Origin: a bacterium
GTDB lineage: Bacteria; UBA8248
Length of the DNA stretch: 64,000 nt
Assembly (NCBI GenBank): GCA_965199855.1
Contig: OZ241326.1
Coordinates: forward strand, 1,472,001 to 1,536,000
Reading direction: 5' to 3'
In this document: piece after piece, positions 20,155-29,638 of the stretch
How the letters are laid out: each line of letters starts with the position of its first letter
Position numbering within the stretch: position 1 is the first letter of the stretch
Translations under genes and position numbers: made by a program
Notes under the pieces: model-generated
The model's database searches: none
What the model saw: only the letters and a program-made list of their open reading frames with translations
Told to the model about the DNA's origin: nothing

Positions 20155-21531
20155 ATGCAGACGATGAGCGACAAGCTGGCGCGCTTCGCCGCGAACCTGT
20201 CGTATGAGGACATTCCCGAACGGGTGATCGAGAAGGCCAAACGCCACCTGCTCGACGCCCTGGGCATCGGCCTCGCCGCGACGCGCGAACCCTACGCCGA
20301 AGCGGTAGCGAAAACGGCGCGCGACTGGGGCGGCAGGCCCCAGGCCACCGTCTGGCGGCATGGGGATCGACTGCCGGCCGCCCACGCCGCCATGGTGAAC
20401 GCCAGCTGCGTGCACGGCCTCGACTTCGACGACACCCATACGGATTCCATCACTCACGTGAGCGCCTGCGTGGCGCCCACGGCGCTGGCGGCGGGGGAGG
20501 CCGCGGGCGCGAGCGGCAGGGATATCCTGACGGCCATGGTGGCGGGCTACGAGGTCATCGCCCGAATCGGGGGCGCGGCGCCGGGCGCGTTTCACGCCGG
20601 GGGCTACCACGCCACGCCGATATGCGGCGTCTTCGGCGCGGCCGCCGTCATGGGGCGGCTGATGGGGCGGACGCCCGAGGTTATCGCCCATGCGTTCGGG
20701 GTGTGCGGGAGCCAGGCGGCGGGGATTCAGGAATTTCTGGACGACGGGAGCTGGGTGAAGCGGTTTCATCCGGGCTGGGCGTCTCACGCGGGCATCACGG
20801 CCGCGCAGCTGGCGGGGCACGGATTCCTCGGCCCCCGAAAGGTACTGGAAGGCAGGTTCGGCCTCTACGCCACGCATCTGAGAGACGCGGCCTACGATCC
20901 CGAAATTCTGGCGGGCGGGCTCGGCGAGCGCTGGGAGACGCTGCGCATTTCGTTCAAGCCCTATCCCTGCTGCCATTTCAATCACGCGGCGATGGACGCG
21001 GCGAGGAATCTGGCGCGGGAGGCGGGAATCTCCCCCGACGAGATCGAGGAGGTGGAGACCATCACGCCCGAGCAGATTCTCCACATCGTGTGCGAGCCCA
21101 TCGAGCATAAGCGAAGGCCCAACACGCCCTATGCGGCCCTTTTCAGCCTGCCCTATTGTCTGGCGGTGAACGTGGTGAGGGGCGGGACGACGATCGATGA
21201 CTTCGAGGAGGAGCGGCTGAACGACGACCGGGTGCTGGCGCTGGCCGCGAAGGTGAGATGCTCGGGCGTGGCATCCGACCGGTTTCCCAAATACCTCCAC
21301 GGCGGCGTGAGGATGACGCTCGCCGACGGGCGCGTCCTGTCGCGCGAGGAGCCCGTCAACTGGGGAAACCCCGAAAACCCGATGGAGTGGAAAGATATCG
21401 AGGCCAAGTTTCGCGGAAACGCGCGCCGCGTCCTTCCCGAAAGCGGCGTTGACGCCGCCGTCGCGGCCGTTCTGGCGTTCGAGGCGGCGCCGGACGCGAG
21501 CGCCTTGATGAGCGCGTGCGTGGCCGCCTGA
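20155..21531 (+). CDS. MmgE/PrpD family protein (paralogue 2)
   Basis: HGLDFDDTH, KRFHPG, KPYPCCH, GNPENPM. Confidence 0.92.
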   Translation: MQTMSDKLARFAANLSYEDIPERVIEKAKRHLLDALGIGLAATREPYAEAVAKTARDWGGRPQATVWRHGDRLPAAHAAMVNASCVHGLDFDDTHTDSITHVSACVAPTALAAGEAAGASGRDILTAMVAGYEVIARIGGAAPGAFHAGGYHATPICGVFGAAAVMGRLMGRTPEVIAHAFGVCGSQAAGIQEFLDDGSWVKRFHPGWASHAGITAAQLAGHGFLGPRKVLEGRFGLYATHLRDAAYDPEILAGGLGERWETLRISFKPYPCCHFNHAAMDAARNLAREAGISPDEIEEVETITPEQILHIVCEPIEHKRRPNTPYAALFSLPYCLAVNVVRGGTTIDDFEEERLNDDRVLALAAKVRCSGVASDRFPKYLHGGVRMTLADGRVLSREEPVNWGNPENPMEWKDIEAKFRGNARRVLPESGVDAAVAAVLAFEAAPDASALMSACVAA

Positions 21532-21553
21532 CGGCGCCCGGGAAAGCCTCGCG

Positions 21554-21970
21554 TTAAGACTTCATGATTTTTCGCGCGAATTCTCGGAGGACGCCTTTCA
21601 GCGTTTCTCCCGAAATGCCTTTCAGGGCGTCCTCATAGGACACCCAGCGGCGCTTTCGCTCGCCGCGCTCGGGCCAGTCCTCCTCGATGGCGTTCACCTC
21701 CAGGTGGAATACCTGAACCTCACATCGGCCCGCGCCGATTTCGTATTCGTAGCCGGCGAACGCCTCGGGCGAGATCGCGCCCCGAACGCCGGCCTCCTCC
21801 CAGGCCTCGGCGACGGCGGCCTCCTGATCGGTCTGCCCCGGCTCCACGCCGCCCTGGGGGATGATCCACCGAGGGCTGGGGTCCCGCGACGTGATGAGGA
21901 GAATTTCGAGCCGCGCGCCCGCCTTGCGCCAGGGAACGGCCGCCGCCTGCGAATAGGCGCCGCGCGTCAT
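21554..21970 (-). CDS. NUDIX hydrolase (DIPP-like)
   Basis: QAAAVPW, ILLITSR, Nudix box GGVEPGQTDQEAAVAEAWEEAGV, WPE. Confidence 0.88.
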   Translation of the reverse strand: MTRGAYSQAAAVPWRKAGARLEILLITSRDPSPRWIIPQGGVEPGQTDQEAAVAEAWEEAGVRGAISPEAFAGYEYEIGAGRCEVQVFHLEVNAIEEDWPERGERKRRWVSYEDALKGISGETLKGVLREFARKIMKS

Positions 21971-22076
21971 ATTCCCGCATCCGGGCATCGGTGAAGCCTC
22001 CTGCGATGGTTCAGCGCCTCGCCTCCGAGATGGACGCCGCGTTTTCAGGGCTTTGCGGGTGGCCCGGACGCGGACC

Positions 22077-22457
22077 TCACTCCGACAACGGGCGGAATAC
22101 CTCCACAAGGTTGTCCGAGGGGTCTCTGAAGAAGAGCTGCCGCATTCCCAGCGCGGCGTTGACGCCGTCCTTCACCTCGACGCCCGCCGTCTCCAGCCTG
22201 CGCTTCACCGGTTCGAGGTCGGACGCCGCGAAGGCGAAGTGGGTCTCCCCGGCTCCCGTGCCCGGAACCGCCGCTTCGCCGGGGCGATCCCCCCGGCCCG
22301 TCAGGTGGAGCTGGCAGGCGCCCGCCTGGAGCCAGAAGCCGGGGTTCGGCAGCGCCGGGCGGTCGATTTCCGCGAGCTCCAGCAGGCCGGCGTAGAAATC
22401 GCGCGCTTCCTCCAGGTCATCCACGGAGATGGATATGTGGTGCATTCCCTCGAGCAT
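22077..22457 (-). CDS. VOC family protein
   Basis: HHISISV, QLHL, HFAF, FFRDPSDNLVEV. Confidence 0.88.
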   Translation of the reverse strand: MLEGMHHISISVDDLEEARDFYAGLLELAEIDRPALPNPGFWLQAGACQLHLTGRGDRPGEAAVPGTGAGETHFAFAASDLEPVKRRLETAGVEVKDGVNAALGMRQLFFRDPSDNLVEVFRPLSE

Positions 22458-22486
22458 GGCCGCCCCTCCGCTTTTCAGCCCGTGAA

Positions 22487-23329
22487 TCAGGACGCGAATT
22501 CGGGCTCTATCCTCTTCGGTATGACGCCCGCATCGGCCGCGCGGCCCAGCAGCTCCGAGACGGCCCTGCGCCCGGCGTCGCCGTAGGAGCGCGTCCAGTC
22601 GTTCACGTACATGCCGACGAAAACGTCCGCCTTCTCGCGCGGGAGGTCGCGGGCGTAGGCCATGGCGTGGTCGAGCGCCTCCTCGCGGTTCTCGAGCGCA
22701 TAGACGATGCTCTGGCGCAGCAGGCGGCTCACCTCGCGCACGACTTCCGCTCCCAGGTCTTTTCGGATGACGTTGCAGCCCAGGGGCAGGGGGCCGCCGG
22801 TCTCGCGCGCCCACCACGCGCCCAGATCCGCCGCCAGATGAAAGCCCTCCTCCGCGTAGGTGAGCTGGCCCTCGTGAATCAGAAGACCCGCGGGCGACGC
22901 CCCGCGCTTCACCTCCTCCATGATGCGGTCGAAAGGGACGACGCGATGGTTCGGCGCCTCGCCTCCGAGATAGAGGCGCAGGGCGAGCCATGCCGTCGTC
23001 AGCAGGCCGGGGACGGCGATTTCCGCGCTTTTCAGCGCATCGGGCGCCATCGGCTCGCGCGAGATGACGACGGGGCCGTAGCCGTCCCCGAAGCTCGCCC
23101 CGTGCGGCAGGATGGCGTAGCGATCCGCCAGATGGCAGTAGGCGTGAAAGCTCACCGCGCTCACCTCGTATTCGCCCCTGAAGGCGGCCTGGTTCAGCGT
23201 TTCGATGTCGTGGAGCTCGTGGATGAACTCATAGGCGCCGCAGTCGATCTTTTCGTTCGCCAGGGCGTGGAACATGAAGGCGTCGTCCGAATCCGGGCTG
23301 TGGGCGACGCGAATGGTTTTTTTCGACAC
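22487..23329 (-). CDS. mqnD: 1,4-dihydroxy-6-naphthoate synthase (futalosine pathway)
   Basis: AHSPDSDDAFMF, DIETLN, GYGP, LIHEGQLTY, PLPLG, MYVN. Confidence 0.9.
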   Translation of the reverse strand: MSKKTIRVAHSPDSDDAFMFHALANEKIDCGAYEFIHELHDIETLNQAAFRGEYEVSAVSFHAYCHLADRYAILPHGASFGDGYGPVVISREPMAPDALKSAEIAVPGLLTTAWLALRLYLGGEAPNHRVVPFDRIMEEVKRGASPAGLLIHEGQLTYAEEGFHLAADLGAWWARETGGPLPLGCNVIRKDLGAEVVREVSRLLRQSIVYALENREEALDHAMAYARDLPREKADVFVGMYVNDWTRSYGDAGRRAVSELLGRAADAGVIPKRIEPEFAS

Positions 23330-23367
23330 CGGCTCTGCTTCTCCCAAAACGCGGCCCGCTCGGGGCG

Positions 23368-24489
23368 TCACGCGTTCTCGCGCGAAAGAAAATCCCGCCG
23401 CAGGTCCGGCGCCCCGCCCTCGGCGGCGGAGCGCAGGAGGGTGCCGATGAGCGCGGCCGCGGCCTCCAGGTCCGATTCCGCAAAAACCTCCACTGGACTG
23501 TGGGAATAGCGCCGGGGCAGGTTGATCGGGACGACGGGCAGTCCCCCCGGCCGGGATTTGCTCAGGGTGGCGGAATCGAGAAAGGTGCCCACGAAGACGT
23601 CTTCCTGAAGGGGCGTTCCGGCGTCGCGCGCCGTCTCCTTCACCCAGCGGATGAGTTCGGGCGGCGTGACGTATCCGTAGAGGCTGGCGGGCTGGTGGTC
23701 GTATCTCCTCAGCGCGGGCCCCGCGCCGAGCTTCGCGCCGCGGGCGTCCGCGCGTCCGGGGCCGTCGGCGGGCACGTTGTCGAGGGCGATGGCGAGCGCG
23801 GGCGGGTCGGCCTCTCCGAGGGAGAGCACGGAAGCCCCGCGCCCGCCGATTTCCTCCTGGACGCAGAAGGCGGCGCTCAGGCGCAGCTTCTCCGGGAGGG
23901 AGCGGGCCGCGTTCACGAACGCCTCCACGCACAGGGCGCAGCCCGATCGGTTGTCCACCGCCTTCGACTTCCACGCGCCGCCGGGCAGCCGGGTGAAGGG
24001 GCCGTGGAACACGCCCGGCGTTCCCGCCTCGACGCCGAGAGCGCGAACCGCCTCGCCGTCCGGGGCGCCCAGGTCTACCCACATTTCATCGACGCCGGGA
24101 CGCTCCTGTCCCTCAAGAGCCTGGAGGTGGCCGCTCCGAACGTTGACGACGCCCCGGCGCAAGGCGCCGTCCGCCGTCAGGAGCGCGACCTCGCGCCCGG
24201 GAAAAACCGCGTCCGCCACGAGTCCCGCCTTCTCGAAGCGCACAGCGCCCTCCGCCTCGACGCCCGTGACGACGAGGCCGACCTCGTCCATGTGGCATTC
24301 GAGCAGGACGTGGGGCGCGCCCGGCTTCGCCTCGCGCCGGGCGATGAGATTGCCGATGGCGTCGCGCCGCAGCTCGCTCGCGCTCGCCTTCACCATTTCC
24401 GCAATGGCGTCGCGCACGGCGCCCTCGTGTCCGGGCGGGCCGGGCAGGGCGCACAGCGTCTTCATTCTCTCGATCAGGGGCGAGGGCAT
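23368..24489 (-). CDS. M42 family aminopeptidase
   Basis: CHMDEVG, KAVDNR, QEEIG, YSHSP. Confidence 0.9.
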   Translation of the reverse strand: MPSPLIERMKTLCALPGPPGHEGAVRDAIAEMVKASASELRRDAIGNLIARREAKPGAPHVLLECHMDEVGLVVTGVEAEGAVRFEKAGLVADAVFPGREVALLTADGALRRGVVNVRSGHLQALEGQERPGVDEMWVDLGAPDGEAVRALGVEAGTPGVFHGPFTRLPGGAWKSKAVDNRSGCALCVEAFVNAARSLPEKLRLSAAFCVQEEIGGRGASVLSLGEADPPALAIALDNVPADGPGRADARGAKLGAGPALRRYDHQPASLYGYVTPPELIRWVKETARDAGTPLQEDVFVGTFLDSATLSKSRPGGLPVVPINLPRRYSHSPVEVFAESDLEAAAALIGTLLRSAAEGGAPDLRRDFLSRENA

Positions 24490-24667
24490 CGCGTTGTCCC
24501 GAAAGCGCTGGATGGCGATTCGAAAGCCGGAAGCGATTTTTGACGGGGAAATACTCTCACGCGGCGGGAGGCTTGCCAAGCCGCCGCGACGCCGGGAGAC
24601 GGCGAGGCGTGAATGCGCCTGGCCCGCGCCTTATTCTTCTTGCCGCCCGGTTCGGCTTCCGGTGAAA

Positions 24668-24696
24668 TTGACCGCTTCGGGGCGGGCGTGTAGGCT
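24668..24696 (+). promoter_or_regulatory. sigma70-type promoter for GT2 gene
   Basis: TTGACC, 17 nt, TAGGCT. Confidence 0.5.
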
Positions 24697-24757
24697 TGGG
24701 GGCGATTCCCCGTGAATTTCGAGGCGCGCGGCCCGCGCCCGAGCGGAGAGACGCGCG

Positions 24758-25462
24758 GTGAGCGATGATGAGCGGATGGCGGATCTGCTGAGCGTCGTCA
24801 TGCCCTGCTACAACGAGCGGGAGACGATTCGGGAAATCGTCGCCCGCGTCAGGGCGGCGCCGATGAACCTGGAGCTCATCATCGTGGACGACGGCAGTAC
24901 GGACGGTACCCGCGAGATTCTGGCCGAAATCGAGCGGGAGGGCGCGCGCGTCCTCTACAGGGAGAGGAACGAGGGCAAGGGCGCCGCCCTGCGCGACGGG
25001 TTCGCGGCGGCCGGCGGGGACGTGATCGTCGTTCAGGACGCGGACCTGGAGTATGACCCCTCGGAGTTCGCCGACCTCTACGCCCCCATCCGCCGAGGGG
25101 CGGCCGACGTGGTCTATGGCACGCGCTTCGGCGGAAGACCCCAGCGCGTGCACATGTTCTGGCACAAGACGGGGAACCGGCTGCTGACCTTCCTGGCGAA
25201 CCTGCTGTTCAACTGCACGCTCACCGACATGGAGACCTGCTACAAGATGTTCCGGCGCGAGGTCGTGAAGGACATGGACATCCGCGCCAGGGGGTTCGAC
25301 TTCGAGCCGGAGTTCACCGCGAAGATCCTGAAGGCGAAGCGCTGGCGCGTCTATGAGGTTCCCATCTCCTACTACGGGCGCGCCTATTCGGAGGGCAAGA
25401 AGATCACCTGGCGCGACGGCATCGTCGCCGCGTGGACGCTTCTGCGCGAGCGCTTCTCCTGA
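24758..25462 (+). CDS. Glycosyltransferase family 2 (DPM1/ArnC-like)
   Basis: PCYNE, VDDGSTDGT, QDADLEYDP, TDMETCYK. Confidence 0.93.
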   Translation: MSDDERMADLLSVVMPCYNERETIREIVARVRAAPMNLELIIVDDGSTDGTREILAEIEREGARVLYRERNEGKGAALRDGFAAAGGDVIVVQDADLEYDPSEFADLYAPIRRGAADVVYGTRFGGRPQRVHMFWHKTGNRLLTFLANLLFNCTLTDMETCYKMFRREVVKDMDIRARGFDFEPEFTAKILKAKRWRVYEVPISYYGRAYSEGKKITWRDGIVAAWTLLRERFS

Positions 25463-25464
25463 AT

Positions 25465-25591
25465 CACCCTCCCGGACGGGCGACCACCGCCCCTCCGCCG
25501 CCTGGACGGCTTCGAGCGCGGCGACGGCGGACTCCGTGAGTTCCGGGCCGCTGCCGTCTCCCGGTATGGTGATGACGCGGTATTCCTTCAT
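25465..25591 (-). pseudogene. 5' remnant of an isocitrate/isopropylmalate/tartrate dehydrogenase-family gene
   Basis: SD AAGGAAAGAGG followed by MKEYRVITIPGDGSGPELTESAVAAL. Similarity stops after about 35 aa, where the frame runs antisense into the GT2 gene. Confidence 0.7.
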
Positions 25592-25738
25592 CCTCTTTCC
25601 TTCGGACGGTCGCCTCGTTCGCGCGCGAGCGCAGCGAAAATTCTCCCGCATGGAGAAGCCGCGCGGCTCCTGGATTGCGGCTTTCGCCGCAATGGTGGGG
25701 GGCTGAATGAATGCTCCCGCCGGCCGCCGCGTTCGCCT

Positions 25739-26929
25739 TTACGCCCGCCCCTCGCGCGGCGTCCGGGCGCTTCGCCTGTGCAGAAGGAGGGCGACGCACC
25801 CGCCGACGGCGAACATCGCCGCGTAGAGGCTGAACGCCGTCTGGAGACCCACGGCTTCGGCGGCGAGGCCGCCGACGAGCGGCGAAAGCGCGCTCGCCCC
25901 CTCGTTGAAGCCGTAGATCATCCCGACGGAGCTCGAGCGCACCCGCTCGTCCACGAGTTCCGTGCCGACGGCGAGAACCAGACTCGGCACGGGCGTGAGG
26001 ATGCAGGCGACGGCGAAGAGCGCGAGCAGGAGCGACGCCGTCCCCGCCACCCAGGAGAGAGAGGCCAGGGCGGCCGCGCACAGGAAGGTGAGGACGGCGA
26101 TGACCTTCGTGCGATCCCTCTCGTCCGACCACCTGCCGATGAGAATCGAGGAGCCCGAACCCAGCAGAAAATAGGCGCTGAGCAGCCAGCCCACCCCTTT
26201 GGTGTCGTAGCCGAACCGCTCGGCCAGCAGGAGCGGCAGGAAGGCCATGAAGCCCCGGTATCCCATGATGCGGCAGGAGGAGAGGGCGACGAGCAGCATG
26301 AGCGAGCGGTTGCCGAACAGGGCGCCGAAGGTGGACCTCGCCGCCTGCCGGAAGGGCGGGCGCTCCCCGCCCTGATCCCGGAAGCGCAGCCAGATGAGCG
26401 CCGCCCACAGGAGGCCCGGTATGACGTAGAACTGCGCCGCCGTGCGCCAGCTCGCCAGATGGACGGCGAGCCAGCCGACGACGGCGGGCGAGATGATGTT
26501 GCCCGCGTCGCCCCCGCCGTTGAACAGCCCCATGCAGAACCCGCGCCGCTCGGGCATCTCGCGGGTGATGAGAGCGACGGCCGGAGGATGGTAGGCCGCG
26601 CTGCCGATGCCGCTGACGAAGACGAACAGCAGCAGCAGGGAGTAGCTCGCCGCGTAGCCGTAGAGCAGGACGGGCAGCGCCTGGGTGAGCAGGGAGAGGG
26701 CGAGGACGGCGCGCCAGCGGCGGGTGTAGTCCGAGACGAACGAGAGCGGAAACTGAAAGACGCTGTTCGCCGCCGAGTAGGTCGTCACGATGAGGCCCGC
26801 CTGCACGTAGTTCAGCTCGAACTCCGAGACGATGAGCGGGAGCACGGGTATCAGGAGCTGGGTGTAGAAGGCGTTGACGGCGTGGCTGCCCGCGATGGCG
26901 AACAGGTTGAACATCCTGGAGGGAGACAT
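25739..26929 (-). CDS. MFS transporter (Fsr-like)
   Basis: HAVNAFY, GIGSAAYHP, GRWSDERDR; about 12 TM segments. Confidence 0.9.
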   Translation of the reverse strand: MSPSRMFNLFAIAGSHAVNAFYTQLLIPVLPLIVSEFELNYVQAGLIVTTYSAANSVFQFPLSFVSDYTRRWRAVLALSLLTQALPVLLYGYAASYSLLLLFVFVSGIGSAAYHPPAVALITREMPERRGFCMGLFNGGGDAGNIISPAVVGWLAVHLASWRTAAQFYVIPGLLWAALIWLRFRDQGGERPPFRQAARSTFGALFGNRSLMLLVALSSCRIMGYRGFMAFLPLLLAERFGYDTKGVGWLLSAYFLLGSGSSILIGRWSDERDRTKVIAVLTFLCAAALASLSWVAGTASLLLALFAVACILTPVPSLVLAVGTELVDERVRSSSVGMIYGFNEGASALSPLVGGLAAEAVGLQTAFSLYAAMFAVGGCVALLLHRRSARTPREGRA

Positions 26930-27194
26930 GGCGCGTTCCGCCGAGGGGGGTGCGAAGAATGCCCTTGCTCAGGCTTATAGATTCAGGCGAATGCCCCCGT
27001 CAACGCCGGCGGCCCTCGCGGGGCGGGGCGGAGAGGTTCGCGGCGGAGCGGCGGCTTTGCGGAAAACTCCCGGCTCCGCGCGCCGCGGGGGAGCGCTACG
27101 GAAGCCGGAGGGTGAGAGGCTTGACTTCCCGCGGAACGAGCGCGGACACTGCGCTTTTCATTCGCCGCGCCCGGCGCGGGCGGAGAAAAGGCCC

Positions 27195-27986
27195 ATGACC
27201 CAGCCTCCAGGCTTCGACGAGAAGGCGGCCCGGCGCGTGGAGGCCGTCTATACGACGCCGGACGCGGCGGCGCAGCGCGGCGTCCTGCTGGAGATGCTCT
27301 CCCCGCTTCCGGGCGAGCGCGTTCTCGATTTGGGGACGGGCCCCGGGTTCATGGCGCGCGAGGCGGCGGATCGCGTGGGAGATTCCGGCGCCGTCGTCGG
27401 CTTGGACAAAAGCGCGCCCATGCTCGCCCTGGCGAGGGCGCGGTGCGCCTCGCGGCCGCGCGTCTCGCTTCGGGAGGGCGACGCGGCGCGCCTGCCCTTC
27501 GCCGACGGCGATTTCGACGCGGCCATCGTCTCCCAGGTCTATGAATACGTCCCCGACGTGGAGGCCGCCCTGGCGGAGCTCGCCCGCGCGCTCCGGCCCG
27601 GCGGCCGCGCCCTCGTCATGGATACCGACTGGGGTTCGCTGGTCTGGAGAGCGCAAGACGCCGCGCGCGCGGGGAGAATCCTCAAGGCGTGGGACGCGCA
27701 TCTGGCGGATCCGCATCTGCCCCGAAGGCTCCCGCCTCTCTTGCGCGGGGCGGGCCTCGAGATTCTGGACAGCCGGGTTCTGCCCCTCCTGAACACGGAG
27801 TATCCGGCGGACAACTACAGCTGCGGCATGGTGAGCGTCATCGTTCCGTTCGTGGTTCGCAAAGGGGGCGTGGCGAAGGAGGAGGCGAGGGCCTGGGCCG
27901 CGGATCTGGCCGCCCTGGGCGCGCGCGGCGCGTATTTCTTCAGCCTGAACCGCTACGCCTTTCTGGCGAGAAAGCCCGGAGCGTAG
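27195..27986 (+). CDS. Class I SAM-dependent methyltransferase (UbiE-like fold)
   Basis: VLDLGTGPG, LPFADGDFD, LRPGGR, DTDW. Confidence 0.9.
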   Translation: MTQPPGFDEKAARRVEAVYTTPDAAAQRGVLLEMLSPLPGERVLDLGTGPGFMAREAADRVGDSGAVVGLDKSAPMLALARARCASRPRVSLREGDAARLPFADGDFDAAIVSQVYEYVPDVEAALAELARALRPGGRALVMDTDWGSLVWRAQDAARAGRILKAWDAHLADPHLPRRLPPLLRGAGLEILDSRVLPLLNTEYPADNYSCGMVSVIVPFVVRKGGVAKEEARAWAADLAALGARGAYFFSLNRYAFLARKPGA

Positions 27987-28877
27987 ATGGACAGGTTCAT
28001 CGACGCCCACAGCCGCCTTCACGGGTTCAGCTTCGACGCCTGGGAGCTCCAGGGCATGTGCGGGATGGCGGGGGCGGTTCTCTCGTGCGGAGACCCTCAC
28101 GTTCACCGGGAAGTCTGGCGTCGCGCGCCGGGGCCGCAGGACGTGCGGAGGCTCTGGGACAGCCCGCTCCGGATGGCGGAGGCGGCGGAGGCGAAGCACC
28201 GCATCCGCGCCAGGTGCGCCGTGGGCGTCAGCCCGGTGACGCGGGTGGAGGACTGGGAGAGGCTCATCGACGCTCTTCCGGGATACCTCGAGAACGAGCG
28301 GGTGGCCGCCCTGGGCGAGGTTGGGCTGGAGCCCGCGCAGCTCTTCGGCCTCTCCTGGGCGCTGGAGGATCAGTCCAGGTGCCTCGAAGCGCAGGCGCGC
28401 GCCGCGGCGGAGGCGGGGAAGCCGCTGATTCTCCGGACGCCCCTTCGCGCGCGACCGGAAGGAGCCTCAAGCGCAGAAGAGAGAGAGGACGCGGCGCGGC
28501 GCGAAGACTCCGGGCTCCGTTATCTGAAAATGAGCCTCGATATCATCGACGGGGCGGGCCTCGACCACGCGCTTCTCGTCATCGCCCACGCGGACGAGGC
28601 GGCCTTCGACTTCATTCACGCCGAAACGCGCGCCTGGTGCGGCGTGAGCCTCGGCGACCGGCCTCGCGCGGCTTCCGCCTCCGCCCTCCTCGACCGGGTG
28701 CGGCGCCGGGGGGCGGAGCGCGTCCTCCTCGGCTCCGACCTTCTCCCCTACGCCCCGAACGATCTCTACGGCGTCCCCCGCGCGATTCGCGCCCTGCGCC
28801 GCGCCGGAGCGGCCGAGGCCGACATCGAGAAGGCCGCCTTCGGCAACGCGAACGCGCTTTTCGGCTTCGACCTGTAG
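27987..28877 (+). CDS. TatD-related TIM-barrel hydrolase (COG1099-like), degenerate metal site
   Basis: IDAH, GEVGLE, LGSD, C-terminal NANALF; abuts the upstream stop codon (TAG-ATG). Confidence 0.75.
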   Translation: MDRFIDAHSRLHGFSFDAWELQGMCGMAGAVLSCGDPHVHREVWRRAPGPQDVRRLWDSPLRMAEAAEAKHRIRARCAVGVSPVTRVEDWERLIDALPGYLENERVAALGEVGLEPAQLFGLSWALEDQSRCLEAQARAAAEAGKPLILRTPLRARPEGASSAEEREDAARREDSGLRYLKMSLDIIDGAGLDHALLVIAHADEAAFDFIHAETRAWCGVSLGDRPRAASASALLDRVRRRGAERVLLGSDLLPYAPNDLYGVPRAIRALRRAGAAEADIEKAAFGNANALFGFDL

Positions 28878-28879
28878 AA

Positions 28880-29596
28880 TCAGTCCTCCAGCACGGCGAC
28901 GGCGCGCACCGGCGAGCCCGTGGCGCCTTTCAGCTTGATGGGCAGGCACAGGAAGGTGAAGCGCCTGCCCGCCAGACGCTTCGGAATCACGAGGTTCTCC
29001 GTGTTGAGCATCCCCCGCTCCTTGCACACCTGGTGCGAGGGGTAGGGTTCTTCCGACTCCGGGAGCATCTGCGTGGGGTTTTCTATCGTGAACGCCTCGC
29101 AGCCGATGTTGCGCACCCCTCGATCCGCCAGATATTCCGTGGCCGGCCGGCTCAGTCCCGCGAAATCCGTCCACCATTTCTCGGGATCCGGATCCCGAAA
29201 GCGCCTCTCGAAGTGGCCCGTGTGGTAGAGAAAGGCGTCGCCCTCCCGGATGGAAAGCCCGTGCCGCGCCAGCTCCCGCTCGATGTCTTCGGGCTCGATG
29301 TAGGTTCTGGGGGCGACGTCCGAGAAATCCACGCAGACGGCGCTCGAGTAGAAGCGCTCGAGCGGCAGCTCGTCGATGGAGGGAGCGTCCTCGCCGGGGA
29401 CGTAATGGTTCAGGGCGTCCACGTGGCTTCCGGTGTGATCCGAGAGCGTGAGCTTCATGGCCGCGAAGGAGAACTTTCCGAGGAATTTCTTGGAGGACTC
29501 CTCGTGCGTCATCATCGGCTCGATCGCCACCTTGGGGTGAAACGGGCGCTCGAAGCCGCCGGCCGCGACAGTTTGCGAGAGGTCGATCAGTTCCAT
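28880..29596 (-). CDS. Cyclase (kynurenine formamidase-like) family protein
   Basis: HTGSHVDA, ENL, GATGSPVRAVA. Confidence 0.92.
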   Translation of the reverse strand: MELIDLSQTVAAGGFERPFHPKVAIEPMMTHEESSKKFLGKFSFAAMKLTLSDHTGSHVDALNHYVPGEDAPSIDELPLERFYSSAVCVDFSDVAPRTYIEPEDIERELARHGLSIREGDAFLYHTGHFERRFRDPDPEKWWTDFAGLSRPATEYLADRGVRNIGCEAFTIENPTQMLPESEEPYPSHQVCKERGMLNTENLVIPKRLAGRRFTFLCLPIKLKGATGSPVRAVAVLED

Positions 29597-29638
29597 GAAA
29601 GCGTATCCTTCCTTTCTCCTTGAACGGGAAGCGGTCGC

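Noticed and set aside
24557-25651. 364-aa ORF as a full dehydrogenase
   Set aside because: Only about 35 aa match the family; the rest is antisense to the GT2 gene
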